From assembly GCA_031404095.1 (NCBI GenBank), contig JANNGY010000289.1, forward strand, positions 1 through 44,865: a stretch of 44,865 bases of DNA, in the 5' to 3' direction. The DNA comes from Betaproteobacteria bacterium. GTDB taxonomy: Bacteria > Pseudomonadota > Gammaproteobacteria > Burkholderiales > Usitatibacteraceae. Made by a program: the position numbers and the translations under genes. This document shows positions 1 to 7,470 of this stretch, in pieces (the stretch's first letter is position 1; the number at the start of each line of letters is the position of its first letter). The notes under the pieces were generated by a model. The model searched no databases and was not told the DNA's origin. It worked only from the letters and a program-made list of their open reading frames with translations.

Positions 1-76
1 CGCCCTAAGGGGCGAATGGCTGGGTGAAGGTAGCGGGCTGAACGGCATTCGCCCTAAGGGGCGAATGGCTGGGTGA
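1..76. repeat. REP/BIME-like palindromic intergenic repeat, two direct copies
   Basis: The 27-nt unit CGCCCTAAGGGGCGAATGGCTGGGTGA occurs identically at 1-27 (cut by the window edge) and 50-76. With the ATT at 47-49 the unit folds as ATTCGCCC-TAAG-GGGCGAAT (8-bp stem). The 22 nt following each copy are unrelated. No ORF covers it. Confidence 0.6.
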
Positions 77-123
77 CCTTGGCAAGACGTTGCGGGATTC
101 GTAAAAAGACATAGGAGATTCAA

Positions 124-435
124 ATGGCAGATCCGATGAAAATTCGCGCCAGCGTCATGGGCGACAAAGTGGTGGTAAAGGTATTGATGGCGCATGAGAT
201 GGAAACTGGCCAGCGCAAGGATTCCGCTGGAAAAACCGTTCCCGCCTGGTTCATCCAGAGCGTGACGGCAACCCATAATGGCAAGACTGTTCTTTCCGCG
301 CAATGGGGTCCGGCGGTTTCTAAAAATCCCTTTCTGGAATTTCGTTTCTCGGGCGGCAAGGCAGGCGAAAAGGTGGTTGTCACCTGGACCGACAACAAGG
401 GTGACAAGCGTACCGACGAAGCGACGATTTCCTGA
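124..435 (+). CDS. soxZ: Thiosulfate-oxidation carrier protein SoxZ
   Basis: 103-aa ORF with AGGAG at 113-117 upstream of the ATG at 124. The pattern HEMETGQRKD..GK..P..FI....NGK......VSKNPF.EF is typical of SoxZ. soxA, soxX and soxB follow on the same strand. Confidence 0.9.
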   Translation: MADPMKIRASVMGDKVVVKVLMAHEMETGQRKDSAGKTVPAWFIQSVTATHNGKTVLSAQWGPAVSKNPFLEFRFSGGKAGEKVVVTWTDNKGDKRTDEATIS

Positions 436-447
436 GCGGCGGCTGAC

Positions 448-891
448 ATGAACCTGTTATCGACGATCAATCGGGCATTACTGGCGTTTCTTGCCGCTGC
501 GGCGGTCACGTTTGCCTACGCGGCCGGAAAGGACGAACCCATCAAGGTGATATATCACATGGACACGGGGCTTGAGCAGGCGACCAAGGGTCTTCGCAAT
601 GTCAAGAACCATCTCGACGTCGATCCGGCCACGAAAATTGTCGTGGTCGCGCATGCACTGGGCGTCCAGTTCCTGCTCGATGGCGCCGTGAATGCGACGG
701 GCAATCCGTTCAACATTCCGGTCGAGGAACTTGCCGCGCGCGGGGTTGAGTTTCGCGTTTGCGAGATCACGCTCAAGTCGAACAAGATTGATCCGAAGAA
801 ATTGCTGCCGCAGACGAAACTGGTGCCGTCAGGTGTCGTGGAAATCGGCCGCCTTCAAGCCCGGGAGGGTTTTGCCTACCTCAAGCCGTGA
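448..891 (+). CDS. DsrE/DsrF-like family protein with N-terminal signal peptide (predicted periplasmic)
   Basis: 147 aa. A hydrophobic N-terminus ends in AYA-AGK. The core (KVIYHMD.., VVAHALGV.FLL, VEFRVCEITL, VPSGVVEIGRLQ..GFAYLKP) resembles the COG1416 DsrE-like family. It starts 12 nt after the soxZ stop. Confidence 0.75.
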   Translation: MNLLSTINRALLAFLAAAAVTFAYAAGKDEPIKVIYHMDTGLEQATKGLRNVKNHLDVDPATKIVVVAHALGVQFLLDGAVNATGNPFNIPVEELAARGVEFRVCEITLKSNKIDPKKLLPQTKLVPSGVVEIGRLQAREGFAYLKP

Positions 892-973
892 TTTACTTTG
901 CGTCACCTGGCCGCGATAAACGCTTCGGCCGCGAATACAAAAAAACAGGTTGTTACATTCCAGGAGGAGTGAC

Positions 974-1813
974 ATGCAAGAGATCAAGCGAGTAACAATT
1001 GCCGTTGCGATGATTGCGGCGTCATTGGCGGGCGCGCTGGCCGCTTCGACGTCGGCGGCGCAAGGCGGCGGCGGTGACGCCACCGTGAAGGAAATAGAAA
1101 AGTACCGCCAGGCACTCGGCGATGGCAACCCGGCCGAGTTGTGGGAGGCGCGCGGCGAAGGATTGTGGAAAACAAAACGCGGGCCGAAAAATGCCTCGCT
1201 TGAGCAATGCGATATCGGCGTCGGGCCCGGCAAGGTGAAGGGCGCCTACGCGGTGCTACCGAAGTATTTTGTCGATACCGACAAGGTGGAGGATCTCGAA
1301 TCGCGCCTGGTCACCTGCATGGTGATGTTGCAGGGGTTCAGCTACGAAGCGGCGAAGAAAAACCCCTTCGGCAGTCCCGATCGCAAGTCCGATATGGAAG
1401 CGCTGGTCGCCTATGTCACCGGGGAGGCGCGCGGCATGAAGATGAATGTCGCCGTCGATCATCCGAAGGAAAAGGAAGCCTACGACATCGGCAAGAAGAT
1501 TTTCTTCCATCGCGGCGGCCCGCATGACTTCGCCTGCGCGACCTGTCATGGCCTGGACAATCAGCGCATCCGTTTGCAGGATTTGCCGAATCTCACCAAG
1601 ACCGAACCGGCGCAACGCGCCTACACCTCATGGCCCGCCTACCGCGTATCGCAGGGCGAGCTGCGAACATTCCAGTGGCGCTTGAACGATTGCTTCCGGC
1701 AGCAGCGCTTTCCGGAAATGGAGTTCATCTCCCAGGGTTCGATCGCTCTGACGTCCTATCTGGCCAAAAACGCCAACGGCGGCGTGCTGGCCGCCCCGGC
1801 GATCAAACGATAA
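974..1813 (+). CDS. soxA: SoxA, monoheme c-type cytochrome subunit of SoxAX
   Basis: The track ORF is 950-1813. ATG 974 follows AGGAGG at 963-968 and gives a signal peptide (MQEIKRVTIAVAMIAASLAGALA). There is a single CxxCH (CATCH) plus the distal Cys in RLNDCFRQQ typical of the SoxA heme ligand. The N-terminal second heme motif is absent. Confidence 0.9.
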   Translation: MQEIKRVTIAVAMIAASLAGALAASTSAAQGGGGDATVKEIEKYRQALGDGNPAELWEARGEGLWKTKRGPKNASLEQCDIGVGPGKVKGAYAVLPKYFVDTDKVEDLESRLVTCMVMLQGFSYEAAKKNPFGSPDRKSDMEALVAYVTGEARGMKMNVAVDHPKEKEAYDIGKKIFFHRGGPHDFACATCHGLDNQRIRLQDLPNLTKTEPAQRAYTSWPAYRVSQGELRTFQWRLNDCFRQQRFPEMEFISQGSIALTSYLAKNANGGVLAAPAIKR

Positions 1814-1822
1814 GGAGTGGGC

Positions 1823-2440
1823 ATGAAAAATATCAAATTCGCTTCTTTGTCGGCGGCCGTGTGCGTGTCGTTCGCGCAGTTTTGCGTTGCAGCGCAACCC
1901 TCGACGCCTTCGCAGGCTGAAATCGTCATGCTCGGGTCTTTCAAGGATCGGGGGCAAGCAAAAGTGGAGCGCTTGAATCAGGACGAGACTCAGCGTCTGT
2001 GTTCCCTATATCCCGTCAAGCGGCCCAAGGAAATGTCCGCGAAAATCGAAGCACTCAACATGAAGGCGATGAAGTATCCGGCGGATGGCAAGCTGCTGGG
2101 CGACTGGAAGGAGGGCGAAAAAATCGCGCAGTCGGGTGTCGGTATGCAATTCAGCGATGACCCAAAGAAACCAGCCGGCGCCAACTGCTACGCGTGCCAC
2201 CAGTTGTCCAAGGCGGAAATCTCGTTCGGCAACATGGGCCCGAGCCTCTACCATTTCGGCAAGCTGCGCGGCTTCAACGAGGCCAACCAGAAATACGCAT
2301 ACGGGAAAATCTACAACTCCCAGGCCTTCTCGGCGTGCACCAACATGCCGCGCTTCGGGCACAACGGCATCCTGACCGAGCAACAGATGAAGGACATCAC
2401 GGCGTTGCTGATGGATCCCGAATCGCCGGTAAACAAGTAG
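1823..2440 (+). CDS. soxX: SoxX, monoheme c-type cytochrome subunit of SoxAX
   Basis: The track ORF is 1817-2440 (GTG). ATG 1823 follows AAGGAG at 1812-1817. It has a signal peptide, one CYACH heme motif, and sits directly after soxA. Confidence 0.85.
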   Translation: MKNIKFASLSAAVCVSFAQFCVAAQPSTPSQAEIVMLGSFKDRGQAKVERLNQDETQRLCSLYPVKRPKEMSAKIEALNMKAMKYPADGKLLGDWKEGEKIAQSGVGMQFSDDPKKPAGANCYACHQLSKAEISFGNMGPSLYHFGKLRGFNEANQKYAYGKIYNSQAFSACTNMPRFGHNGILTEQQMKDITALLMDPESPVNK

Positions 2441-2450
2441 TTCGAATTCC

Positions 2451-2475
2451 AGCCCGGCGTGTCCGGGCTTTTTTG
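2451..2475 (+). terminator. Rho-independent terminator-like hairpin after soxX
   Basis: AGCCCGG-CGTGT-CCGGGCT (7-bp GC-rich stem) is followed by TTTTTT, 10 nt after the soxX stop. Confidence 0.6.
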
Positions 2476-2500
2476 CAGGCGTAAACTTAAGGAACCGGTT

Positions 2501-3019
2501 ATGAAGAGCACACCATCGGCCGCCATCGCAATCGGTACGCTTTCACTTCTGCTGTGTGGTATTCCAGTTACTCATGCCGCTGAGGCGGCGCCGACGTTCA
2601 GCGTCAAACTGCTGGCGCCAGAAACGGCATTGAAGGCCGCACAGGCCGCCCTGGCCAAATGTCGCAAGGATGGATTTCAGACGGCGGTGGCGGTGGTTGA
2701 CCGCGCCGGTGTGGTGCAGGTTGTACTGCGCGACCGTTACGCCGGCGCGCACACTCCCGACATGGCTGTCGCCAAAGCGTGGACCTCGGCCAGTTTCAAG
2801 CAGCCGACCACATTGCTCGCAATCGAGACGCAGCCCGGCAAGCCGATGAGCGGAGTTCGCCATTTGCCAAGAGTGATGCTGGCGGGTGGCGGGCTGCCAA
2901 TCGAGGCGGCGGGTAACGTGCTGGGCGCCATTGCCGTTTCGGGCGCGCCGAGTGGCGATGCGGATGATGTTTGCGCCAAGGCCGGCATCAAGGCCATTAC
3001 CGACGATATCGAATTCTAG
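2501..3019 (+). CDS. GlcG/HbpS-like (DUF336) heme-binding family protein with signal peptide
   Basis: The track ORF is 2459-3019. ATG 2501 follows AAGGAA and gives the signal peptide MKSTPSAAIAIGTLSLLLCGIPVTHA. The segments AVAVVDRAG..V..RD, AKAWTSASF and GGLPI...G..LGAIAVSGAPSG..D..CA match the GlcG/HbpS family. Confidence 0.75.
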   Translation: MKSTPSAAIAIGTLSLLLCGIPVTHAAEAAPTFSVKLLAPETALKAAQAALAKCRKDGFQTAVAVVDRAGVVQVVLRDRYAGAHTPDMAVAKAWTSASFKQPTTLLAIETQPGKPMSGVRHLPRVMLAGGGLPIEAAGNVLGAIAVSGAPSGDADDVCAKAGIKAITDDIEF

Positions 3020-3033
3020 AAGGTTCGGGGAGC

Positions 3034-4755
3034 ATGTCGAACCTGAGCCGTCGCGAATTTCTTCACTTGCTCGCAGTCGCCGGCGCGGGCGGGTTTGCGC
3101 TCGAGCACGGGACAGTCCTCGCTGCCAGCGGCAAGGCCTCATCACTTTACGATTTGCCGCGTTTCGGTAATGTGCACTTTCTACATATGACCGATTGTCA
3201 CGCGCAGTTGATGCCAATCTATTTTCGCGAACCGAACGTCAATCTTGGTATCGCCGGGTCAGCGGGACAGCCGCCCCATCTTGTGGGCGAGAAATTGCTG
3301 AAACAATTCGGCATCAAGCCGGGTAGCGCCGAAGCATACGCCTTCACTTATCTGGAATTCGAGAAAGCAGCGCGTACTTACGGAAAGGTCGGCGGCTTCG
3401 CGCATCTCGCGACCCTGGTAAAGCAATTGAAGGCGTCGCGACCGGGCGCTTTGCTGCTCGACGGTGGCGATACCTGGCAGGGTTCTGCCACGGCACTGTG
3501 GACCAAGGGGCAGGACATGGTCGATGCCGCCCTCGAACTCGGCGTCAATGTGATGACCGGCCACTGGGAATTTACTTTGGGAGACAAGCGGGTCAAGGAA
3601 ATCGTCGACAAGGACTTCAAGGGCAAGGTCGATTTCATTGCGCAGAACGTGCAGACGGCCGATTTTGGCGATCCGGTCTTTCCACCCTATGTGTTGAATG
3701 AAATGAACGGCGTGCCGGTGGCAATCATTGGCCAGGCATTTCCGTACACGCCGATTGCCAATCCGCGCTACCTCACGCCGGAATGGAGTTTTGGCATCAA
3801 GGAAGCGGAGTTGCAGAAAGTGGTCGACGAAGTCCGCGCCAAGGGCGTTCAGGTGGTGGTGCTGCTCTCGCACAATGGCATGGATGTCGATCTGAAACTG
3901 GCGTCACGCGTAACAGGTATCGACGCCATTCTTGGCGGCCACACGCACGATGGCGTGCCGGCGCCGGTCGCCGTCAAGAACAGCAAAGGCGTGACGCTGG
4001 TGACCAATGCGGGTTCAAACAGCAAGTTTCTCGGCGTTCTCGATTTTGACGTGAAGAACGGAAAGATTGCCGATTTTCGCTATCGCCTTCTGCCCGTCTT
4101 CGCCAACCTGCTGCCGGCCGACAAGAACATGGACGCGCTCATCACCAGGATTCGTGCGCCGTTTGAAGCAAAACTGGCGGAGAAACTGGCCATTACCGAA
4201 GGCCTGCTATACCGGCGCGGCAATTTCAACGGCACCTTCGACCAGTTGATTCTCGACGGGTTGATGGACGTGAAGGGCGCGGAGATGGCGTTTTCGCCGG
4301 GATTTCGCTGGGGCACGTCGCTGCTGCCCGGACAGGCCATCACCATGGAACACCTGATGGACCAGACGGCGATTACCTATCCGTACGCGACAGTGAACGA
4401 ATTTACCGGCGAGATGATAAAGACCATTCTGGAAGATGTGGCCGACAACCTGTTCAATCCCGATCCGTACTATCAGCAGGGGGGTGACATGGTGCGGGTC
4501 GGCGGATTGGCCTACACCTGCGATCCAAAGGGCAAGATGGGTGGCCGCATCAGCAACATGATGTTGAAAGGAAAGCCCATCGATGCCGCCAGAAAATACA
4601 GGGTCGCAGGATGGGCGCCGGTTGCCGAAGGCGCCAGTGGCGAGCCGATCTGGGAACTGATGGCGAGCTATCTGCGCGACAAGAAGACCATCCAGCCGAA
4701 AAAGCTGAACTTGCCGGAACTGATTGGAATGAAAGGCAATGCCGGGATTGCATGA
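3034..4755 (+). CDS. soxB: Thiosulfohydrolase SoxB (5'-nucleotidase/metallophosphoesterase family)
   Basis: The track ORF is 2971-4755. ATG 3034 gives a twin-arginine signal (SRREFLHLLAVAGAGG). Metallophosphoesterase motifs are present (HMTDCH, GGDTWQGS, GHWEF, LSHNG, GGHTHD). The protein of about 573 aa lies in sox context. Confidence 0.93.
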   Translation: MSNLSRREFLHLLAVAGAGGFALEHGTVLAASGKASSLYDLPRFGNVHFLHMTDCHAQLMPIYFREPNVNLGIAGSAGQPPHLVGEKLLKQFGIKPGSAEAYAFTYLEFEKAARTYGKVGGFAHLATLVKQLKASRPGALLLDGGDTWQGSATALWTKGQDMVDAALELGVNVMTGHWEFTLGDKRVKEIVDKDFKGKVDFIAQNVQTADFGDPVFPPYVLNEMNGVPVAIIGQAFPYTPIANPRYLTPEWSFGIKEAELQKVVDEVRAKGVQVVVLLSHNGMDVDLKLASRVTGIDAILGGHTHDGVPAPVAVKNSKGVTLVTNAGSNSKFLGVLDFDVKNGKIADFRYRLLPVFANLLPADKNMDALITRIRAPFEAKLAEKLAITEGLLYRRGNFNGTFDQLILDGLMDVKGAEMAFSPGFRWGTSLLPGQAITMEHLMDQTAITYPYATVNEFTGEMIKTILEDVADNLFNPDPYYQQGGDMVRVGGLAYTCDPKGKMGGRISNMMLKGKPIDAARKYRVAGWAPVAEGASGEPIWELMASYLRDKKTIQPKKLNLPELIGMKGNAGIA

Positions 4756-5720
4756 TGGTCGCGCGTTCAAGCAGGCTGTTTTTGTTCTTGCTGATCCTCG
4801 GTGCCCGCGTTGGCCTTGCCGGTGCTGCGGCTGCCGGGTTCCCGGCGCTTACGCCGCAGAAAGTTGCGCCGGATGTGTACCTGTTCCAGGGCAAGGCGGG
4901 TGCCGCCTCGCTGGAAAATCGCGGCTTCAATTCGAACGCGGGATTTGTCGTCACACGCGATGGTGTCGTGGTCATCGATGCGCTGGGCACGCCGGCATTA
5001 GGAGAGGCGATGGTCGCGGCGATCCGCAAGATCACCAGCAAGCCGATCCGCAAGGTTATCGTTACGCATTATCACGCCGATCACTTCTATGGGTTGCCGG
5101 CGTTCAAGAAGGCCGGTGCTGAAGTATGGGCACATCGCGATGCGCGCGAGTATCTCGACGGGCCCGATGGTGCCGCGCGGCTTGCGCAACGGCGCGCCGA
5201 TCTTGCGCCCTGGGTCGATGGTGCCACTCAACTGGTGCCGGCGGATGTGTGGCTGGACGGCAATCGTACGTTTAGTTTGGGGGGCACCAAGTTCGAAATT
5301 GTCCACCTGGGTCCGGCGCATTCGCCGGACGACATCATCATCGTGGTCGGAAATTCCGGTGTGATCTTTACCGGCGACATCCTGTTTACCGGCCGTATTC
5401 CCTTTGTGGGTGAAGCCGATAGCAAGCGTTGGCTGCAGACCTTTGCAAGATTGCTAGAACTCAAACCCCAAATCATGGTTACCGGACATGGTGAGCCTTC
5501 GCGCAATCCATCGGCAGACCTGGCGCTCACCAGGGACTACCTCACCTATCTTCGTCAGGTGATGGGCAGGGCGGTGGAGGATTTTGTGTCCTTTGACGAA
5601 GCCTACGCTGGCGCCGACTGGAGCCGTTTTGCCAAAATACCGGCTTTTGAAGCGGCCAATCGCATCAATGCCTACGGGACCTACCTGCTGATGGAGAGGG
5701 AATCGCTGTCGAAAAAATGA
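4752..5720 (+). CDS. Periplasmic MBL-fold metallo-hydrolase (SoxH-like)
   Basis: The track ORF is 4611-5720. ATG 4752 overlaps the soxB stop (ATGA) and gives a signal peptide (MMVARSSRLFLFLLILGARVGLAGA). It carries the HxHxDH motif (THYHADH) and a later GHG. SoxH of Paracoccus is an MBL-fold protein, so the SoxH-like label is inference. Confidence 0.8.
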   Translation: MMVARSSRLFLFLLILGARVGLAGAAAAGFPALTPQKVAPDVYLFQGKAGAASLENRGFNSNAGFVVTRDGVVVIDALGTPALGEAMVAAIRKITSKPIRKVIVTHYHADHFYGLPAFKKAGAEVWAHRDAREYLDGPDGAARLAQRRADLAPWVDGATQLVPADVWLDGNRTFSLGGTKFEIVHLGPAHSPDDIIIVVGNSGVIFTGDILFTGRIPFVGEADSKRWLQTFARLLELKPQIMVTGHGEPSRNPSADLALTRDYLTYLRQVMGRAVEDFVSFDEAYAGADWSRFAKIPAFEAANRINAYGTYLLMERESLSKK

Positions 5721-6259
5721 CTCTTGAATGTGCGGTCAAGCGGTGCTTGATATTGCAAGGTATGGCTGCACTGTCATTGTTCGCGTGGCCAATCGCTTCG
5801 CTGGCGCAATCGTCGCTCACGCCTGCGCGCGACCTGCCCGCAGATGCGAAACAGGTCGCGAGCAGTGGGGTGCCGCTGATTGTGCTGGTGAGCCTGCCGG
5901 GGTGTCCACATTGTGAAATTGTCAGACGGTCCCATTTGCTTCCGCTGTTGCGGGAAGGGCGCGCGCCGCTTAAGCCGCTAGTCAGGCAGATCGAGATGAA
6001 TGGCCGGGATGTCTTGCGGGACTTCGATGGACGGATGACCACGCACGGCGCATTTGCCAGCCGCCACAAGATCAGGATTGCACCTGTCGTGCTGTTTTTT
6101 GATGCTGCAGGTCAATTGGTCGCCGAGCCGCTGGTGGGCGCAATGATTCCCGATTTCTATGGCGCCTACTTCGATGCGGCACTAACCGAAGCCACGCTGA
6201 AAGTGCGAAGCGGGCGGGCTGGCAGGCTGTCGGACTTAAAGAATCGAAGCGAAATGTGA
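5717..6259 (+). CDS. Periplasmic thioredoxin-fold protein (SoxW/SoxS-like), CPHC active site
   Basis: The ATG overlaps the MBL stop (ATGA at 5717-5720). It has a signal-like N-terminus, a LPGCPHCE CxxC motif, and sits at the end of the sox block. Confidence 0.7.
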   Translation: MTLECAVKRCLILQGMAALSLFAWPIASLAQSSLTPARDLPADAKQVASSGVPLIVLVSLPGCPHCEIVRRSHLLPLLREGRAPLKPLVRQIEMNGRDVLRDFDGRMTTHGAFASRHKIRIAPVVLFFDAAGQLVAEPLVGAMIPDFYGAYFDAALTEATLKVRSGRAGRLSDLKNRSEM

Positions 6260-6349
6260 TATGGGCGAGGGCAGATTTCTCCGATTTTCAAGCCAATGGT
6301 TGTTCCATTGGCGCCGAAAAGCGGGGAAATATGCACCGGCCAGAACCTG

Positions 6350-6375
6350 CCCCGGACTTGATCCGGGGTCATTTT
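6350..6375 (+). terminator. Terminator-like hairpin between convergent genes
   Basis: CCCCGGA-CTTGA-TCCGGGG is followed by TCATTTT. It lies between the thioredoxin-like gene (+) and the cytochrome c gene (-). Confidence 0.4.
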
Positions 6376-6406
6376 GCAGCCGATTACCTTTAAGTCCGAC
6401 TGGCTG

Positions 6407-6742
6407 CTAGTCCTTGAACTTGTAGTGTGTCGCGTTCAGGTAAGCCGCAATGGCCGTTTCGTCATCCGGAAATAGTCCGAGTTTAAGCTGACTATTGCAG
6501 CGTTCGACTTGCGGTAGCAGTTTGCTGCGGGCAGTGACCCGACGGTCCTTGCGTGAGTACATCGCAGAACCATCGCCTCCAACTTTGCTGATGTGGCAAG
6601 CCTCGCATTTCGCCTCGGTGACCAGTTTCTTGCCGGTCTCAAGCTGACCCTTGGCGGGCTCAGCCGAAGCGAAACCCGTTGTGCAGACAAGCGCGATCGC
6701 GCCGGCAATAGGCAAAAAACCGCGAATCGGACTGGTCTGCAT
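6407..6742 (-). CDS. Small periplasmic monoheme c-type cytochrome
   Basis: The track ORF is 6407-6760 (TTG). ATG 6742 gives the signal peptide MQTSPIRGFLPIAGAIALVCTTGFASA. There is a single CEACH motif. Confidence 0.75.
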   Translation of the reverse strand: MQTSPIRGFLPIAGAIALVCTTGFASAEPAKGQLETGKKLVTEAKCEACHISKVGGDGSAMYSRKDRRVTARSKLLPQVERCNSQLKLGLFPDDETAIAAYLNATHYKFKD

Positions 6743-6893
6743 ACGAATTCTTTCAAGCAAACAGGAAGATGCCAGTATACGTCGTCCAACCTCGCGGACA
6801 ATGAGTTAATGCCAGTTTGGCGTTGACCCGACGGCTCAAAAAAGGTTAAAATTGCGGTTCGTTTGGATCAGCAAATGATCCATGAGCGACAAT

Positions 6894-6969
6894 TCCCTGA
6901 TAGCTCAGTTGGTAGAGCGACGGACTGTTAATCCGCAGGTCCCTGGTTCGAGCCCAGGTCGGGGAGCCA
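6894..6969 (+). tRNA. tRNA-Asn(GTT): tRNA-Asn (anticodon GTT), CCA encoded
   Basis: 76 nt. The acceptor stem TCCCTGA/TCGGGGA has one G-U pair. It has a D-arm AGCTCAGTTGGTAGAGC, an anticodon loop CTGTTAA, a T-arm GGTTCGAGCCC, and the 3' end GCCA. Confidence 0.93.
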
Positions 6970-6985
6970 TAATATTCAATGACTT

Positions 6986-7012
6986 AGCCCGCTTGAACCG
7001 GTGGGCTTTTTC
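6986..7012 (+). terminator. Rho-independent terminator after tRNA-Asn
   Basis: AGCCCGC-TTGAACCG-GTGGGCT (one G-U pair) is followed by TTTTTC. Confidence 0.6.
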
Positions 7013-7101
7013 TCTTCTGACGGCCGCGTAGACGGTGTGCAGGTTTTCCCGGTCAATGTGTGGCGGACTTTCCGCCTCGCGCTTTACGTGGAGCATATGT
7101 C

Positions 7102-7341
7102 ATGCAAGAAATCATGCAGTACCTGAAAAAGAATGGCCAGCGCTTTGATTCGGAAATCGCCGCGGCGACGGGAATTCCGTTGACCAAGGTGCGAGGTATG
7201 TTGTCGGACCTGTCCGCGCAAGGTGAGATTTCACGTTGCAGCGTCACGCGCTTCAACGACGGCAAGAAAATCGAAGGCATGCTCTGCCGGGTGGCCGGAT
7301 ATATTCCGCCAAAGAGCCCCGGCCGCAAGCCCGGAGCCTGA
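7102..7341 (+). CDS. Small winged-helix DNA-binding-like protein, function unknown
   Basis: The track ORF is 7060-7341. ATG 7102 follows GGAG at 7090-7093. The 79-aa product MQEIMQYLKKNGQRFDSEIAAATGIPLTKVRGMLSDLSAQGEI.. has an HTH-plus-wing pattern (PapI/FaeA- or MarR-like) and a basic tail. Confidence 0.5.
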   Translation: MQEIMQYLKKNGQRFDSEIAAATGIPLTKVRGMLSDLSAQGEISRCSVTRFNDGKKIEGMLCRVAGYIPPKSPGRKPGA

Positions 7342-7470
7342 AGCCGGCCGGCGAACGCGCCGGCGGCTAACATTTTGTTTGCCACGCGGAAGTTTCACCT
7401 GAACCGGTTGCAGCCGAGATCAACATCCGCGGTGTTCAGACATCCGCTGCAATCCTGTTCTTTCGCCGGC

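Noticed and set aside
1-98. The direct repeats at 1-27 and 50-76 with different intervening sequence could be a CRISPR array.
   Set aside because: Only two copies are visible. The intervening unique segment is about 22 nt, far shorter than CRISPR spacers. A third unit does not follow at 99, and no cas genes are in the window. A REP-like hairpin element is the simpler reading. The window edge prevents full exclusion.
950-4755. N-terminal extensions given by the ORF track (soxA 950, soxX 1817, glcG-like 2459, soxB 2971; also MBL 4611, tmk 41863, yceD 34606 and fabG 38492).
   Set aside because: The extensions overlap upstream genes or lack an RBS. Internal ATGs sit behind SD sequences and yield proper Sec/Tat signal peptides or canonical N-termini (for example SRREFL for SoxB and [10 protein letters not shown] for Tmk).
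6866-6884. The inverted repeat TGGATCA-GCAAA-TGATCCA just upstream of tRNA-Asn could be an additional FNR-type box.
   Set aside because: The half-sites and spacing (GATCA-N5-TGATC) do not fit TTGAT-N4-ATCAA. It is more likely a small hairpin or part of the tRNA promoter context.
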